Positions 46,666 to 59,120 of a stretch of DNA of 64,000 bases are shown here, piece after piece. Source of the stretch: Scenedesmus sp. PABB004 (taxonomy: Eukaryota); NCBI GenBank assembly GCA_014905635.1, contig CM026547.1:3782001-3846000 (forward strand), read 5' to 3'. Each line of letters begins with the position of its first letter. Positions within the stretch are counted from its first letter, which is position 1. Position numbers and translations under genes: made by a program. The notes below the pieces were generated by a model that saw only the letters and a program-made list of their open reading frames with translations, had not been told where the DNA came from and did no database searches.

Positions 46666-48927
46666 TCACCGCCGGCCGCGCCCGCGCTTGCCGCCGCCGC
46701 CGCCGCCGCGGCCCCTGCCGCCGCCGCCGCCCCTGCCGCCGCCGCCGGCCGCGGCGGCTGCGGGCGCGGAGACCTCCTCGTCGTCGCCCATGTGGCCGCG
46801 CTTGTGGCCGCGCTTGGGCCCGCGGCCGTCGTCCGCCTCCTTCATCTGCATCGTCGCGATGCGCTGCGCGGCGCCGACCTGCTCGTGCAGCAGCAGCACC
46901 TCGTCGCGCTCCGCGGGGAAGGCCTCCATCTTGACCCCCGTGAGCGCCTCGATCTTCTGAAACATCTCCACGTCGTACTGCGTCACCAGCGTCACGCTGC
47001 GCCCGCTGCGACCCGCGCGCGCGGTGCGCCCGACCCTGCGCGCGGCGGCGGCGGCGGCGGCGGCTGCGTCGGCGCGCGCGGCGGCGCGGACCGCCGCCGC
47101 CCTGCGCCGCCGCCCCGCCGCCCCGCCGCCCTGCGCCGCCGCGCCGCCGCCCCGCTGCCCAGCGCCGCCGCGCCGCCGCCGCGCCGCCCCGCTGCGCCGC
47201 CGCCGCGCGCGGCGCCGCACCGGTGCACGTAGTCCTTGCTGTTGGCCGGGACGTCGTAGTTGAGCACCACGTCGACGCTGGGGATGTCGAGCCCCCGCGA
47301 CGCGACGTCGGTCGCGACCAGGATGCTGCGCTCGCCGCCCTTGAACTTGTTGAGCGCGCCGAGGCGCTTCGGCTGGCTCATCTGCCCGTGGATGGGCACG
47401 CTGCCAAAGCCCAGGTTGCGCAGCATCAGCGCGACGCGCCGCGTCGCGTCGCACGTGCGCGTGAACACCTGGCGCGCGGCGCGGCGCGGCGCGGCGTGGC
47501 GCGGCGCGGCTCGGCGCGGCGCCGCGACCGCCGCGCGCTGCCGCGGCGGCGCGCGCGCCGGCGCCGCGCGCCCGCCACAGCCGCGCACCATCGCGGTGCT
47601 GCCGCTGAGCTCGTTGAGCACAAACGCGAGGTAGCAGTCCTTGTACTTGGCGGGGACAAAGAGGTACTGCTGGCGCAGCGTGTCAACGGTGCTGTACTTG
47701 GCCGCGACCTCGACCTTGACCGGGCTCACCAGGCACGCGCGCTGCAGCTTGGCGACCTTGGTCGTCATCGTCGCGCTGAACAGCTGCGTGCGCCGCTCGC
47801 GCGGGATGAGCTGCGGCGCGGCGGCGCGGCGGCGGCGAGGGGCGGGCGTTATGCGGCATCCAGGGCGGGGGCGAGGGCACGGCCGCGGCCGCGGCTGCCG
47901 CTGACGCGGCCGCCGCTGACGCCGCCGCCGCTGCTGCCTCGCCGCTGCGCTGCCCTTGCCGCGCGGCAGACCTTGAGTATCTGGTCGATCTCCTGCTCAA
48001 AGTCCATGTCCAGCAGCTTGTCCGCCTCGTCCAGCACGAGGTGCTTCAGCGCCTTCAGCGTGAAGCCCTGCGCGCGCACGCGCCACGCGCCCGGGGTCGG
48101 CCCCCGCGCTGGGCCCCGGCTGCGTCGCCCGCCGCGCGCGCCGCGCCGCCGCCGCCCCGGCGCGCGCCTTGGTGTTTGACAGGTGGTCCACGACGCGGCC
48201 GGGCGTGCCGACGATGACGTGCGGGCGCTTGGCGAGCGCGATCGCCTGGCGCGGCGGCCGCGGCGGAGCGGCGCGGGGGGTTGGCGCCCGCTCGGGGTTG
48301 GCGCCCGCGTGCGCCCGCGTGCCGCCAGCGCTGCCTGCCCTGCCTGCGCTGCCTGCGCCGCGCCGCCGCACCTGGGCCATCATGTCAATGCCACCGACCA
48401 GCACGGCGCTCTTGAGGCCAATGCCCGACCCGAGCGCCTCAAACTGCTCCGCGATCTGGATTGCCAGCTCGCGCGTCGGCGACAGCACGAGCGCGTAGAG
48501 CTCCTGCGGCTTGTCCATGAGGCCCTGCAGGATGGGCAGCGCAAACGCGCCCGTCTTGCCGCTGCCCGTCTGCGCGAGGCCGATGACATCGTGCCCTGCG
48601 ACGACGCCGGCGGCGGCGGCGGTCGCTCGGGGCGCGCGGCGCGCGCGGTGCGGCCGCCAGCCGCACGCGGCGGCCAGCGGCAGCGGCAGCCGGCGGCAGC
48701 AGCGGCGACCGCCGGCCGCCGCCGGCGGCCATGCGCGCGCCGGGGCGCGACGGGAGCGCACCCTGCAGCAGCGGCGGCACGGCCTGCTGCTGGATGACGC
48801 TCGGCTGCTTCCATCCGAGCGCGGCCGCCGCCTCGGCGAGCTGCTCGCAGAGGCCGAGGCCCTCAAAGGCCTTGATGGCCGCCTCCCGCTCCGCGTCGCT
48901 GAGCTGCGTGTCCCGGCCCGCCTTCAT
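46666..48927 (-). CDS. RRP3: DEAD-box RNA helicase RRP3/DDX47 (plant RH10), multi-exon
   Basis: [90 protein letters not shown]. Confidence 0.95.
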
Positions 48928-49458
48928 GGCGCGTGCCGGCCCCCCAGGCGCGCCTCAAGAGGGGCGAGACCTGCTGCTGCTGCTCGAGGGTCGGCGCGAG
49001 CGCCGGCGGGCGGCGGCGGGCTTGGCGGGGCTGCTCGTGGGTGTGTCGGCCGAGGCGGGTGGGATGTGTGGCGGCCGCGCGCACGGGAGCGGGGCAGCGC
49101 AGGCGCGGCAGGAGCAGCGCAAAGCCGCGACCTGAGCCCCTGGCCCAGGCGAAGCGACGCGGCCCGCGCTGCCTCGCGCAGACGCATCCCAGCCGCTCGC
49201 ACTCCACGCACGCGAGCGCCCAGCGCCCGCAGCGCGATCGGCGCCCGCCTTTCGCGCCAAGGCCGCTGCAGGACGCGCCAGCGCGCCCGGGAACCCCGGC
49301 GCCGTCGGGGCTGGGCACACACGCACGCGTCACGCGGCCCCGCGGCGCCCCAGCGCCCCAGGCACACAGCGCGGCGGCGCGCGACAGCAGCAGCGGCGGC
49401 GTCGCCCGCCGCGCCTCCCATGCCGCGGCGCGGCGCGCGCTCCCCATGCTGAGCCTGC

Positions 49459-52068
49459 ATGCGGAGGATGCTGAGCGCCGTGCTCGACAAGGCGGCGGCG
49501 GCGCTGTGGCCGCCGCGCGCCGGCCGGCTGGCGCAGGGCGGCGGTGCGGCGCTGCAGCCCGGCGGCGCCGGGCCCGCCGCGCCGTGGGCGAGGTGCGGCA
49601 GCGGGCGCGGCGGCAGCGGGCGCGGCGGCAGCGAGCCCAGCCCGCTTGCATGCGCGCGCGCCCGACCTCCCCCGTGACGCCGCCGCCGCCGCCGCTGCCG
49701 CCGCCGCCGCAGGCGGCACCGCGCGGCCGCGCAGACCGTGCTGCGCGTCCACACCGGCGCTGACCGCTCGGCCGCGGGCAGCCCCGGGCCGCCCGCAAGC
49801 GGCGGCGGCGCAAGCGGCGGCGGCGGCGGCGAGAGGCCGCTCGGGCTGGAGGTGCTGGCGCAGGGCACGCAGGACGCGTTGCACGTCTTCAAGCAGCCCG
49901 CGGCGGCTCCGCAGCAGCAGGCGCTGCAGCAGCAGCCGGCCGCCCCGGCGCGGGTGCCCTGGGACGCGATCTACGCGCCCGTCAACGGCGGCGGCGGGAG
50001 CAGCGGCGGCGCCGCGCGCGCCATCGGCGGCACCGCCGGCGCCGGCGCCGCGCCGCAGCCCGCGGCGGGCAACGGCGCCAACGGCCACGCCGCAGCGGCG
50101 GCGGCGCACGCAGCAGCGGCGGCGCACGACGGCGGCGGGCACGCCGGGCGCGGGGGGAGCCCGCCCCCGTTCCGGCCCGCGCTGGCCGCGGGCGGGGTGC
50201 CGCCGGCTGCGGGCACCAGCATGCTGCTGGCCTGCAGCCAGCACGGGGGGCACGGCCGGCCGCCAGGCGGCTTCCACGCGCCGCCGCTGGCGCCGCAGCA
50301 GAGCTTCCAGCGGCAGCCGGCGCGGCTGCCGCTGGTGCTGGCGGCGCAGCTGGGCGCGCAGCAGCCCTGGCAGCGGCAGCAGCAGCAGCAGGCGTCGCAG
50401 GCGCAGCCCTGGCAGCAGCAGCCGCAGCAGCAGGCGCCGCAGGCGCAGGCCTGGCAGCAGCAGGCCCGCCACGCCGCGGCGGGGCTGCCGCCGCCGGAGG
50501 CGCCAGCCGGTGCCGAGCCGGGCGACTCTGGGCAGCAGGCAGGAGGCGACGTCATCGAGGGCGGCTGGGCAGGCGGCGGGCGCTTTGTGCACGCGCACCC
50601 CGGCGGCGCGCTGACCGAGGTCCCGCCCGACGTCGCGGTCGTCAGCGACGCGGCCTCGGCGCGGCGCGTGGTGGACCGGCTGCTCGCGCTCGCGCGCGAC
50701 GGCGTGGCGTGGACCGACGGCGCCGGCGTGGCGCGGCGCGAGCCCGCCGTCTTTGCGTGCGATACCGAGGTCGCCGGCATCGACATCAAGGCCCAGAGCC
50801 CCGTCGGCCACGGCACGGTGATCTGCTTCTCCATCTACGCGGGCCCCTGGGCCGACTTTGGCCCCGGCGGCGGCGGCGCCGCGGGGCACGTGCGGCAGAG
50901 CCGCGTCTGGGTCGACCTCGCGGCCGGCTGGGCGCAGCGGCAGGCGGCCGCGGCCGAGGCGGCGGCGGCTGCCGCCGCGGAGGCCGCGGCGGTCGAGGCG
51001 GCGGCGGCCGAGGAGGCGGCGGTCGAGGCGGCGGCGGCGGCAGTCGAGGCGGCAGAGGCGGCCGTGGTCGCCGAGGCGGCGCTGCGCGACGCCGCGGCGC
51101 TCGAGGCGCTGAGCCTGACGCCGGGGGCAGCGGCGTCGGCGCTCGCAAAGCCCAAGCGCGCCGGCCGGAAGAAGCAGGCCGCTGCAGAGGAGGCCGCCGC
51201 AGCAGCGGCGGGCGAGGCGGCGTCGCCGGCGGGCGCAGCGGAGGCGCGTCCGCTGCCGCCGCCGCTGGCGGCTGCGGAGCACGTGCCCGCGGGCACGGCG
51301 GCGGCAGAGGCGGAGGCGGTGACGGGCGAGGCGAGCGGCGGCCGCAGCGGCGGCGGGCGGCTAAGCAGCTGGGCGGGCGCCGAGGCAGAGGAGGAGGTCG
51401 CGGCCGCGCCCATCGTGAGCCAGGGCCGGCGGCGGCGCAGCCGCACGCAGCGCACACGCGCTGCGACGGCGCAGGAGGCGGCCGCCGCGGAGCCGCAGGC
51501 GGGCAGCAGCAGCGGCAGCGGCGGGGGCGGGCCCGTCGTGGCCGCCGCCTCGCTGCAGGCGGCAGCGTCGGACGGCGGCGCAGCGGCGCCGCCGCCGGAC
51601 GGCCCGCTGCGCCCCAGCCGGCAGCGCCGCAGCTCCACCTCGGCCGCGGCCACGGGCGCAGCCGCGGCGGGCGGCGGCGCGGCGCGCGGCCGCCCCGCGG
51701 CGGGCGCGGCGGTCTACGGCGACGGCGTGCCGGCGCCGAGCGTGGCCGACATCCTCTCAGACCCCACCGCCGCGGGTATCCTGGCCGAGTTTCAGCGCTT
51801 CTTTGGCGACCCGGGCGCGCCCAAGGTGTGGCACAACTACGGCTTTGACCGCCACGTGCTCGCGGGGCTCGGCGTGTCGCTCGCGGGCTTTGGCGGCGAC
51901 ACGCTGCACATGGCGCGCCTCGACGACGCAAGCCGCAAGCTCTCGGGCGGCTACAGCCTGGAGAGCCTCTCGGGCGACGCGCAGGTGACGCGCCGGCCGC
52001 GCCACGCGGCGCCGGCGGCGGCGGCCGCGCGCTGGCGCGCGTCGCGCCGCGGGGCCCGACCCGCCCAC

Positions 52069-52111
<43 letters not shown>

Positions 52112-54258
52112 ACCCGCAGCTGCTGTCCTTGGTGCGGTCTGACCTCGGCGCCGACGCGCTGCTGCCCAAGCGCGGCATGAAGGAGCGCTTCGGCCTGCTG
52201 CGGCTCAAGGCCGCCAACGCGGCGCCGGGCAAGGTCGCGCAGGTGCCGCCGATGCACGTGCTGCACACCGACCCGCGCTTCCGCGCTGAGTGGATCGACT
52301 ACTCGGCCCTCGACGCCAAGGCGCGCCGCGCTGCGCACGCTGGGCGCGCTGGGGCCGCGCGCGGCGGCGGCGTGGCGCGGCGGCAGGGGGTCGGGGCGGC
52401 GCCGCGCGGCGCCGCGGGCGCCCGCCGCCGACCGCGCCGCCGACCGCGCCGCCGCCGCCGCGCGCAGGCGACGTGGAACGTGCACCGCGCGCTGCGCGCG
52501 TCGCTGGCCAAGAAGGAGGCGGTCATGGATGACTACCTGCTGGCACAGCTCGCGCCCGTCAGCGCGCACCTCGCGGCCGCGCAGGACGCGCAGCGCGAGG
52601 CCGCCGCGTCGGCGGCGGCGGCGCAGGCGGCCGCGGCGCGCGCGGGGCCCGCGCCCGCGCCGGCGCGGCCGCACGCGGGCAAGGGCCCGCCGCACCCGCG
52701 GCCGCGCTCGCTGCCGGCGGCCGCGCGCGGCGGCGCGAGCGCCGCGCCGGCTGCGGCGGCGGCGGCGGCGGCCAGCGCCGGCTACAGCAGCGGCAGCAGC
52801 AGCTACACGATGCTGGACCTCTACAACGACTACTGGCTGCCCTTTGGCGAGCTGCTCACGTCGATGGAGGCGGAGGGCGTGCGCGTGGACCGGTGAGCCG
52901 CGCCGGCGCGACGCGGGCGCACGGGCGCCCCGCGGGCCGCGCGCGCCGGTGCCGCGCCGCTGACGCGCCCCGCGCTGCGCCGGCGCGCGCTCGCGCCCCG
53001 CAGCGAGCACCTGGCGGCGCAGGAGCAGCGCGCGCTGGTCGACCAGTCGGCGGCGGAGCGGCACTTCCGGGAATGGGCGTGCAGGTGGGGCGGCGTCCGC
53101 CGCGCTCTGTGTGCCGCGCGCCCCGCCGCCGCTGGCGCCGCGCCGGCGCCGCTGGCGTCGCGCGTTCGTCCACGGCCCCGCCGCGCCGCAGGTACGTCCC
53201 CGGCGCGGCGCACATGAACGTCAACAGCCAGGTCCAGATCCGGCAGCTGCTCTTCCCCGACGCGTGCGAGGGGCCGACCAAGGTTTTCAAGGCGCTGAAC
53301 CCTAGCTACGACCCCGCCGCGCGCGGCAAGGACAAGCCGCGCCGCTGGCTCGACTTTGAGCTGCACGGCCTGTGGGGCGAGGGCGCGCCGGGGCGGCTGG
53401 TCGTCGAGACCAAGACCGAGAAGGGCACGCCCGCGGTCAGCGGCGCGGTGCTGTGGAGCCTCGTCGGCAAGCCCGGCGCGGCGGCCAAGGCGCTCGCCGA
53501 GCTGGACGCCGCGCCCGCCGCGCCGGGCGGCGCGCTCGCGGACGACGACGGGCTGGATGCGGTGCACGCGGAGCACGGCGGCCCGGACGAGGACGAGGAG
53601 CTCGGCGGCGCCGGCGGCGCGGCCGAGCCCGGCGGTGTCGGCGGCGGCGCGGAGCCCGAGGTCGTGCTCGGCCCGGGGCCGGGCGTCGATCCGGAGCGCT
53701 GGGCGGCGCTGGAGGCCGAGGCGGCGGCGCTGCGGCTGGGCAAGATGTACGCGGCGATGGGCGGCGGGCGGGAGGGCATCGAGGCCTGCCTCGCGCTCGA
53801 GCAGCTCATCGAGGTGACCCACCGGCGCGCGCCGCGGAGCCGGCGCGGCGCGCCTGGCTGCCCGTCCCCCGGGCCTCACGCGGGGGCTGGGCTGGCGGCC
53901 GGGGCCGCCTTTGCCGCCGCGCGGCGCGCGGCCGAGGTCACGCCGCGCCGCCGCCGCCGCCACACCGCGCCCGCGCCCGCGCCTGTGTGCAGGTGTCGGC
54001 CATCGACAAGCTGCTGTCGGCGTTCATACAGCCCCTGCAGCAGGACAACATCAGCACCACGCACGCGCTGCCCGCCGGGGACGGCGACGGCGCCGCGCCG
54101 CCGCGGCCCATCCACCGCGTGCACTGCAGCCTCAACCTCAACACCGAGACCGGGCGCCTCAGCGCGCGGCGGCCCAACCTGCAGAACCAGCCGGCGCTCG
54201 AGAAGGACCGATACAAGGCGCGGCGCGGCGCAGCGCGGCGCGCTGGGTGGGGCGGCGG

Positions 54259-54295
<37 letters not shown>

Positions 54296-55548
54296 GGGCG
54301 GGGCGGCCCCCGCGACGCACGGCCCGCGCTGAGCGCCGCCCGCCGCGCGCCGCAAACACGCAGGTGCGCAAGGCCTTCACCGCCGAGCCCGGCAAGACGC
54401 TGGTGGTCGCCGACTACGGGCAGCTCGAGCTGCGCCTGCTCGCGCACATGGCCGACTGCAAGTCGATGATCCGCGCGTTTGAGCTCGGCGGCGACTTCCA
54501 CAGCAGGCGCGCGCGCCGCCGCCGCGAACGCCGCGCGCGCCGCGCACGCCACGGCGCCCTGCCCCCGTCGGCACCGCGCCCCGCGCGCCGCGTGCCGCGC
54601 GGCTCACGCGCGTTCCTGCCTGCCTGCCTCCCCCAGGACTGCGCTGGGCATGTATGACTACATCCAGACTGCCATCGACGACGGCGCGTGCCTGCTCGAG
54701 TGGGACGGCGGCCCCGACCACGCGCCGCCGCCCGCGCCGCTGCTCAAGGACAAGTTTGGCAGCGAGCGCCGCAAGGCCAAGGCGCGGCCGCGGCCGCGGC
54801 CTCCCGCGGCCTCCCGCAGCGCGCCGCGTGCGCGCGCCGCGGCCGAGCCGCGCCTCCACCTCACCGCCGCGCTCCGCCGCCTTGCCGCCCCCAGATCCTC
54901 AACTTTTCGATCGCCTACGGCAAGACCGCGCACGGCCTGTCCAAGGACTGGGGCGTCAGCCTCGACGAGGCCGAGGCGACCGTGGCGCGCTGGTACGCGG
55001 ACCGGCCGGAGGTCCGCGAGTGGCAGGCCGCGCAGCGCGGCTACGCGGCGAGGCACGGCTGGGTCAACACCATGCTCGGCCGCCGCCGCGGGCTGCGCCC
55101 CGGCATCACCGCGCCCGACCGCTGGCTGCGTGCGCGCGCCGAGCGCGCGGCGATCAACACGCCCATCCAGGGCAGCGCCGCCGATGTCGCGAGCGCGGCG
55201 ATGCTCTCCATCGCGCGCGACGCCTGGCTCGCGGAGCACGGCTGGAAGCTGCTGCTGCAGGCGCGCGCGCGGCGGCGGCGGCGGCCGCGGCGGCCGCCCG
55301 CGCGCTGCGGCCGGGCGGCCCATTGACGTGCCGCCGCCGCCGCCGCCGTTATGTGTGGCCTGCCGCGCCAGGTGCACGACGAGGTGATGCTCGAGGGGCC
55401 GCGCGAGAGCGCGGAGGAGGCCAAGGCGCGCGTCGTGGCGGCGATGGAAAACCCCTGGGCCAACCTGTTGGGCTTTGTCGGCAAGCCGCTGCGCGTGGAC
55501 CTCGCGGTCGACGCCAACATCGCCGACACCTGGTACGAGGCCAAGTGA
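49459..55548 (+). CDS. POP: Plant/protist organellar DNA polymerase (POP, family A) with 3'-5' exonuclease, multi-exon
   Basis: ACDTEV..SPVGHG..CFSIYAG, KVWHNYGFDRH, GYSLESLS, TETGRLSARRPNLQNQPALEKDRYK, VADYGQLELRLLAH, ERRKAKILNFSIAYG, ERAAINTPIQG, LQVHDEV. The start codon is uncertain. Confidence 0.95.
54260..54293 (+). repeat. (GA)n microsatellite within a POP intron
   Basis: About 17 GA units. Confidence 0.9.
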
Positions 55549-55850
55549 GAGGCCGCGCCGAGGCAGGCCGCGGCAGCCCGCGGGGGCCGAGGCGGGCGGG
55601 GCCGCCGGCGCAGGCGGCGTGGGCCCAGGCGCCGCAGCGTGGGGGCGCAGGGCGAGTTGGTTTTGTGCTGGGGCTCCCCCAGCAGTTTGGGGTTGCGATT
55701 GCAGCGCGGCTCGGCGCATCTGTCAGCACTGGTTGCCGGCGCCGCGGCGGCGAGGGGTGGGGGCCTCATGCCGGCGGTGGTGCTGTTCCGGCACCGCGGC
55801 GTCCCACGACTCTGGGGTTGTGACGCCGCGGCCGTGGGCGTGCGAGCGCG

Positions 55851-55878
55851 TGTAAACGCCCGCACGCGCAGTCTTACA
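55851..55878. terminator. Opposed TGTAA poly(A) signals for convergent POP (+) and golgin (-)
   Basis: TGTAA at 55851-55855 and TTACA at 55874-55878. Confidence 0.65.
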
Positions 55879-55920
55879 GCCGGCACCACGCGCGCGCGCG
55901 CCGGCCAGTCGGCCAGCCAG

Positions 55921-58837
55921 TCAGTGCCCGCCGCCGGGCAGCTCGTGCGCCGCGGCGCCGCCGCCGCCCGGCAGGCCGCCCGGCAGCGCGCCGGCCTTGT
56001 CGGCCGCGCCGAGCAGCGTCATCGCCTGGCGCTGCATGCGGCCGAGGAGGTAGTAGACGTAGAGGTGGATGAGCAGCGCGTACGCAAACACGGCGAGCCG
56101 CGCGAGCGGCTGCTGGCGCAGCAGCGTGCTCGCCGACGCGGCGGTCGTGTCGAGGAAGTGCGCCGTCGCCGTGACCGCGCCGCCGAGCTTGCGGTGCCGC
56201 GCGAGGCGCTGGTAGGGCTCGCCGAGCGCGTCCATGGGTATGATGTCGTGCCCGCCGCGCCCGCCGCCGCCGCCGTCGCGGCGGCCGCGGCCGCGGCGTG
56301 CGCCTTGCCGAGCTCGGACTTGAGGCCCGCGACCTGCGCGCAGGACGGGGGGGGGGGGGGGCGGCCTGAGCAGCGCGTCCGCGTCCGCGTCGGCGGCGCG
56401 GCGGACGCGCGCGGCCGGCGCCGCACCTGGCGCTCGAGCATCATCAGCTGCGCCTGCTTCTCCCCTGACAGCCGCTCCAGCTGCTGCTGGCGCTGATACA
56501 GCAGCTCCTGCAGCTCTGTCACCTGCTGCTCCAGCTGCGCCGGCCCGCGCGCGCTCGCTGCGGCGGCCGCCGCCTGGCCGAGCTCGTGCTGCAGCGCCGC
56601 GGCCTGCGCCTCGGCGGCGTGCTGCGCCTGCGCGGCGGCCAGCGCCGCGGCCTGCGCCTCGGCCAGCTGGGCGCGCAGCGCGTCGCACTCCGCCTCGGCC
56701 TGCAGCGCGGCGGCGTGGTCGGCCGCGCCTCCGGCGCCGCCGGCGCCGCCGCCGGACGCGGCGGCCTCGGCCTGGCGGAGCGCCTCACGCAGGCGCGCCG
56801 CCTCGGCGCCAGCGATGGCCTGCTGCTCCTCCAGCTCGCGAGCGCGCGCCGCCAGCTCCTCCGTGCCGCGCTGCGTGGCCGCCAGCGCCTCGCTGCGGGG
56901 CGGGGCGCTCGGCGCGCTCAGCTGACGCCGCACGGACCCCTGCGCGCGGCCCTGCGCGGCCGCGCCCGCAGCCGCACCTGCTGCTGCCCAACTGCTCCTC
57001 CAGGTCGCGCTCGCGCGCCGCGGCGGCCGCCTTGGTGGCGGCGTGCGCCTTGCGCTCGCCCTCCAGCTGCGACTCGGCGGCCGCGAGCTCCGACCGCAGC
57101 GCTGCGGGGCGGCCGGGGCGGCGCGGGCGCGCGCTGGCGGCGGGGCGTGCGCGCGTGTGCGCCGCGGACGTGCCGCGCCCCGCGTGCCGGGCGCCCGGGC
57201 GCCGCGCCGCGCCGCACCCTCGAGCGCGCCGCCCTCGATCGAGTCCTTGCTGGTGAGCACCTGCTGGTGCTGCTCCTGGATCGCCTCCAGCGCGCCCTGC
57301 AGCGCGCTGACCTGCCGCGCCGACGCCTCGAGCTCCGCCTGCAGGCGCGAGATGTGCCCGTCCTGCGCGGCCGCGTTGGCGGCGGCCGACGCGACGACGT
57401 CGTCCTGCGCGCGCTGCAGCGCGGCCGCCTCGGCCGCCGCCGTGACCGCGCGCGCGGTCTCGGCCGCGGTGCGCTGCTCCGCGGCGTGCAGCAGGTCCTC
57501 CAGCTGCATGTTCTCCTCCTTAACAGTGTCCAGGCGCTTGCGCAGCGTCTCGACCAACCGCGTGAGCTGCGCCTCCTTGGCCGAGCCGCCGCCGCCGCCG
57601 CTCAAGGGCAGGTCGGGTGCGCCCCGGCGGCGGCGGCGGGCCATGGCTCGCCGGGGGCGCCCCCGCGGCAGGCGCCGCGGGCTGCTGCGGCGGCGGCAGC
57701 GGCGGCGCTGCCACTGGCTGCTGCGGCTGGCCCCAGGCCGGCGGCGTCGCGTCCTCGGCGCTCGCAGCCACCGCGGGCGCGTCTGCTCCCGCCGGCTCCG
57801 GCTCCAGCACGGGCGGCGCCGACGGCTCGGCGGCTGGGGCCGCGTCGAACATGGGCGCCTGCGCATCCGCGCTCTCCGTGTGAGCGGCGCCCGGCTGGTC
57901 GTCGGCGGCAGCAGGCTGCGGCGCGTCCGCAGCCGCGGCAGCGCCGGCGACCTGGCCGGCCGACGCCGTGGAGGCCGGCCCGCTGGCAGCGGCGCTGCCT
58001 GCGGGCGCCGCGCCTGCAAAGGGCAGCGGCGCAGCGGCGCTGCCGCTGCTGCTCGGCGGCCCCGACACCGCCGCCGCGAGGCTGCCAGAGCTGCCTGCGC
58101 CTGTGGGCGGCGCAGCCGGCGGCGGCGGCGGCGCACCGAATGCGCCGACGGGCGGCGGCGGCGGCGCTGGGAAGGCCACCGGCTGCTGCAGCTGCTGCAG
58201 CGGCTGCTGCGGCTGCGGTTGCTGCTCGGGCTGCGCCGGGCCGAACGGCCCGTGCGGGCGGAGCGTGTAGCTGCCGGCGCTGCCCGGCTGCGCCGGCGGG
58301 CCGCCCACGCCCGGCTGCGGCGGGCCCCAGCTCGGCGGCGGCGGGGCGGCGGCGCGCCCGGCTGCCAGGGCGCGGGCTGGTGCGCGGGCGGCGGCGCCGC
58401 CGCGCCCAGTGGGCTCGCGCCCGGCGGCGGCAGGCCGGCGGCGCGCTGCTGCGCGTGCACGGGGCTGCCGCCAGCCTGCGGCGTGAGCGGCGTGAGCGGC
58501 GGCGACGGCGCGTCGGCGTGGCTGCGCGCGGGCGGCGGCGCCGAGCGGCAGCGGCGCTGCCCGCCGCTGCTGCGCGCCCACCTGCTGCGCGGCGCTGCCG
58601 AACGGCCCCGGCGGCGCTCCCGACGGCGAGCCCGGCTTGCCGCCTGCGGTGGCGCGGCGCGGGGCGCGTTGGGGCGGCCGCAGCGCGCCGGCGCGGGCGT
58701 GCGCGGGCGGCGCTGCTCTGTGCGTCCTTCGCTGCCGCCGCACCGGCGCCCAGGTTGGTGGCCGCGGTCGACACGGTGCGGTCCACCGCCTCCAGCAGGT
58801 TCTCCGCCGCCTTGAGCTGCTGCGCCAGCCAGCTCAT
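55921..58837 (-). CDS. Golgin-84 / GOLGA5-like tail-anchored coiled-coil protein, multi-exon
   Basis: N-terminus MSWLAQQLKAAENLLEAVDR; coiled coil with LYQRQQQLERLSGEK; C-terminal FLD..LLRQQPLARLAVFAYALLIHLYVYYLL. Confidence 0.85.
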
Positions 58838-59120
58838 CGCGGACGACGGCGCGTGGGGGCAGTGATGCTGTTGCGCCTGCTGCTCGGGCGCCTGCCGGCC
58901 GGCTGGCCCGCCTGGCGGGCGGTGGGTGGGACGACCTCCAGCAGCCTCACAGCGTCAGATCAGGCGTCGTCGTCCCTTGTTGCCGTTGGCTGTTACGCGA
59001 ATTTTTGCCGACAGCTCGCCCCGCAGCGCGCCCCGGCTGGCCGTCCGCCCTGGCCAGCACCAAGGCGTCAGAGTGCACTCCGTCCGTGAGCGAGGCAAGC
59101 AGGCGCGCGCGCCAGGCACG

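Noticed and set aside
56347..56361. Poly-G/C runs (also ~3561, 60992)
   Set aside because: Intronic homopolymers of uncertain length; no specific function is supportable.
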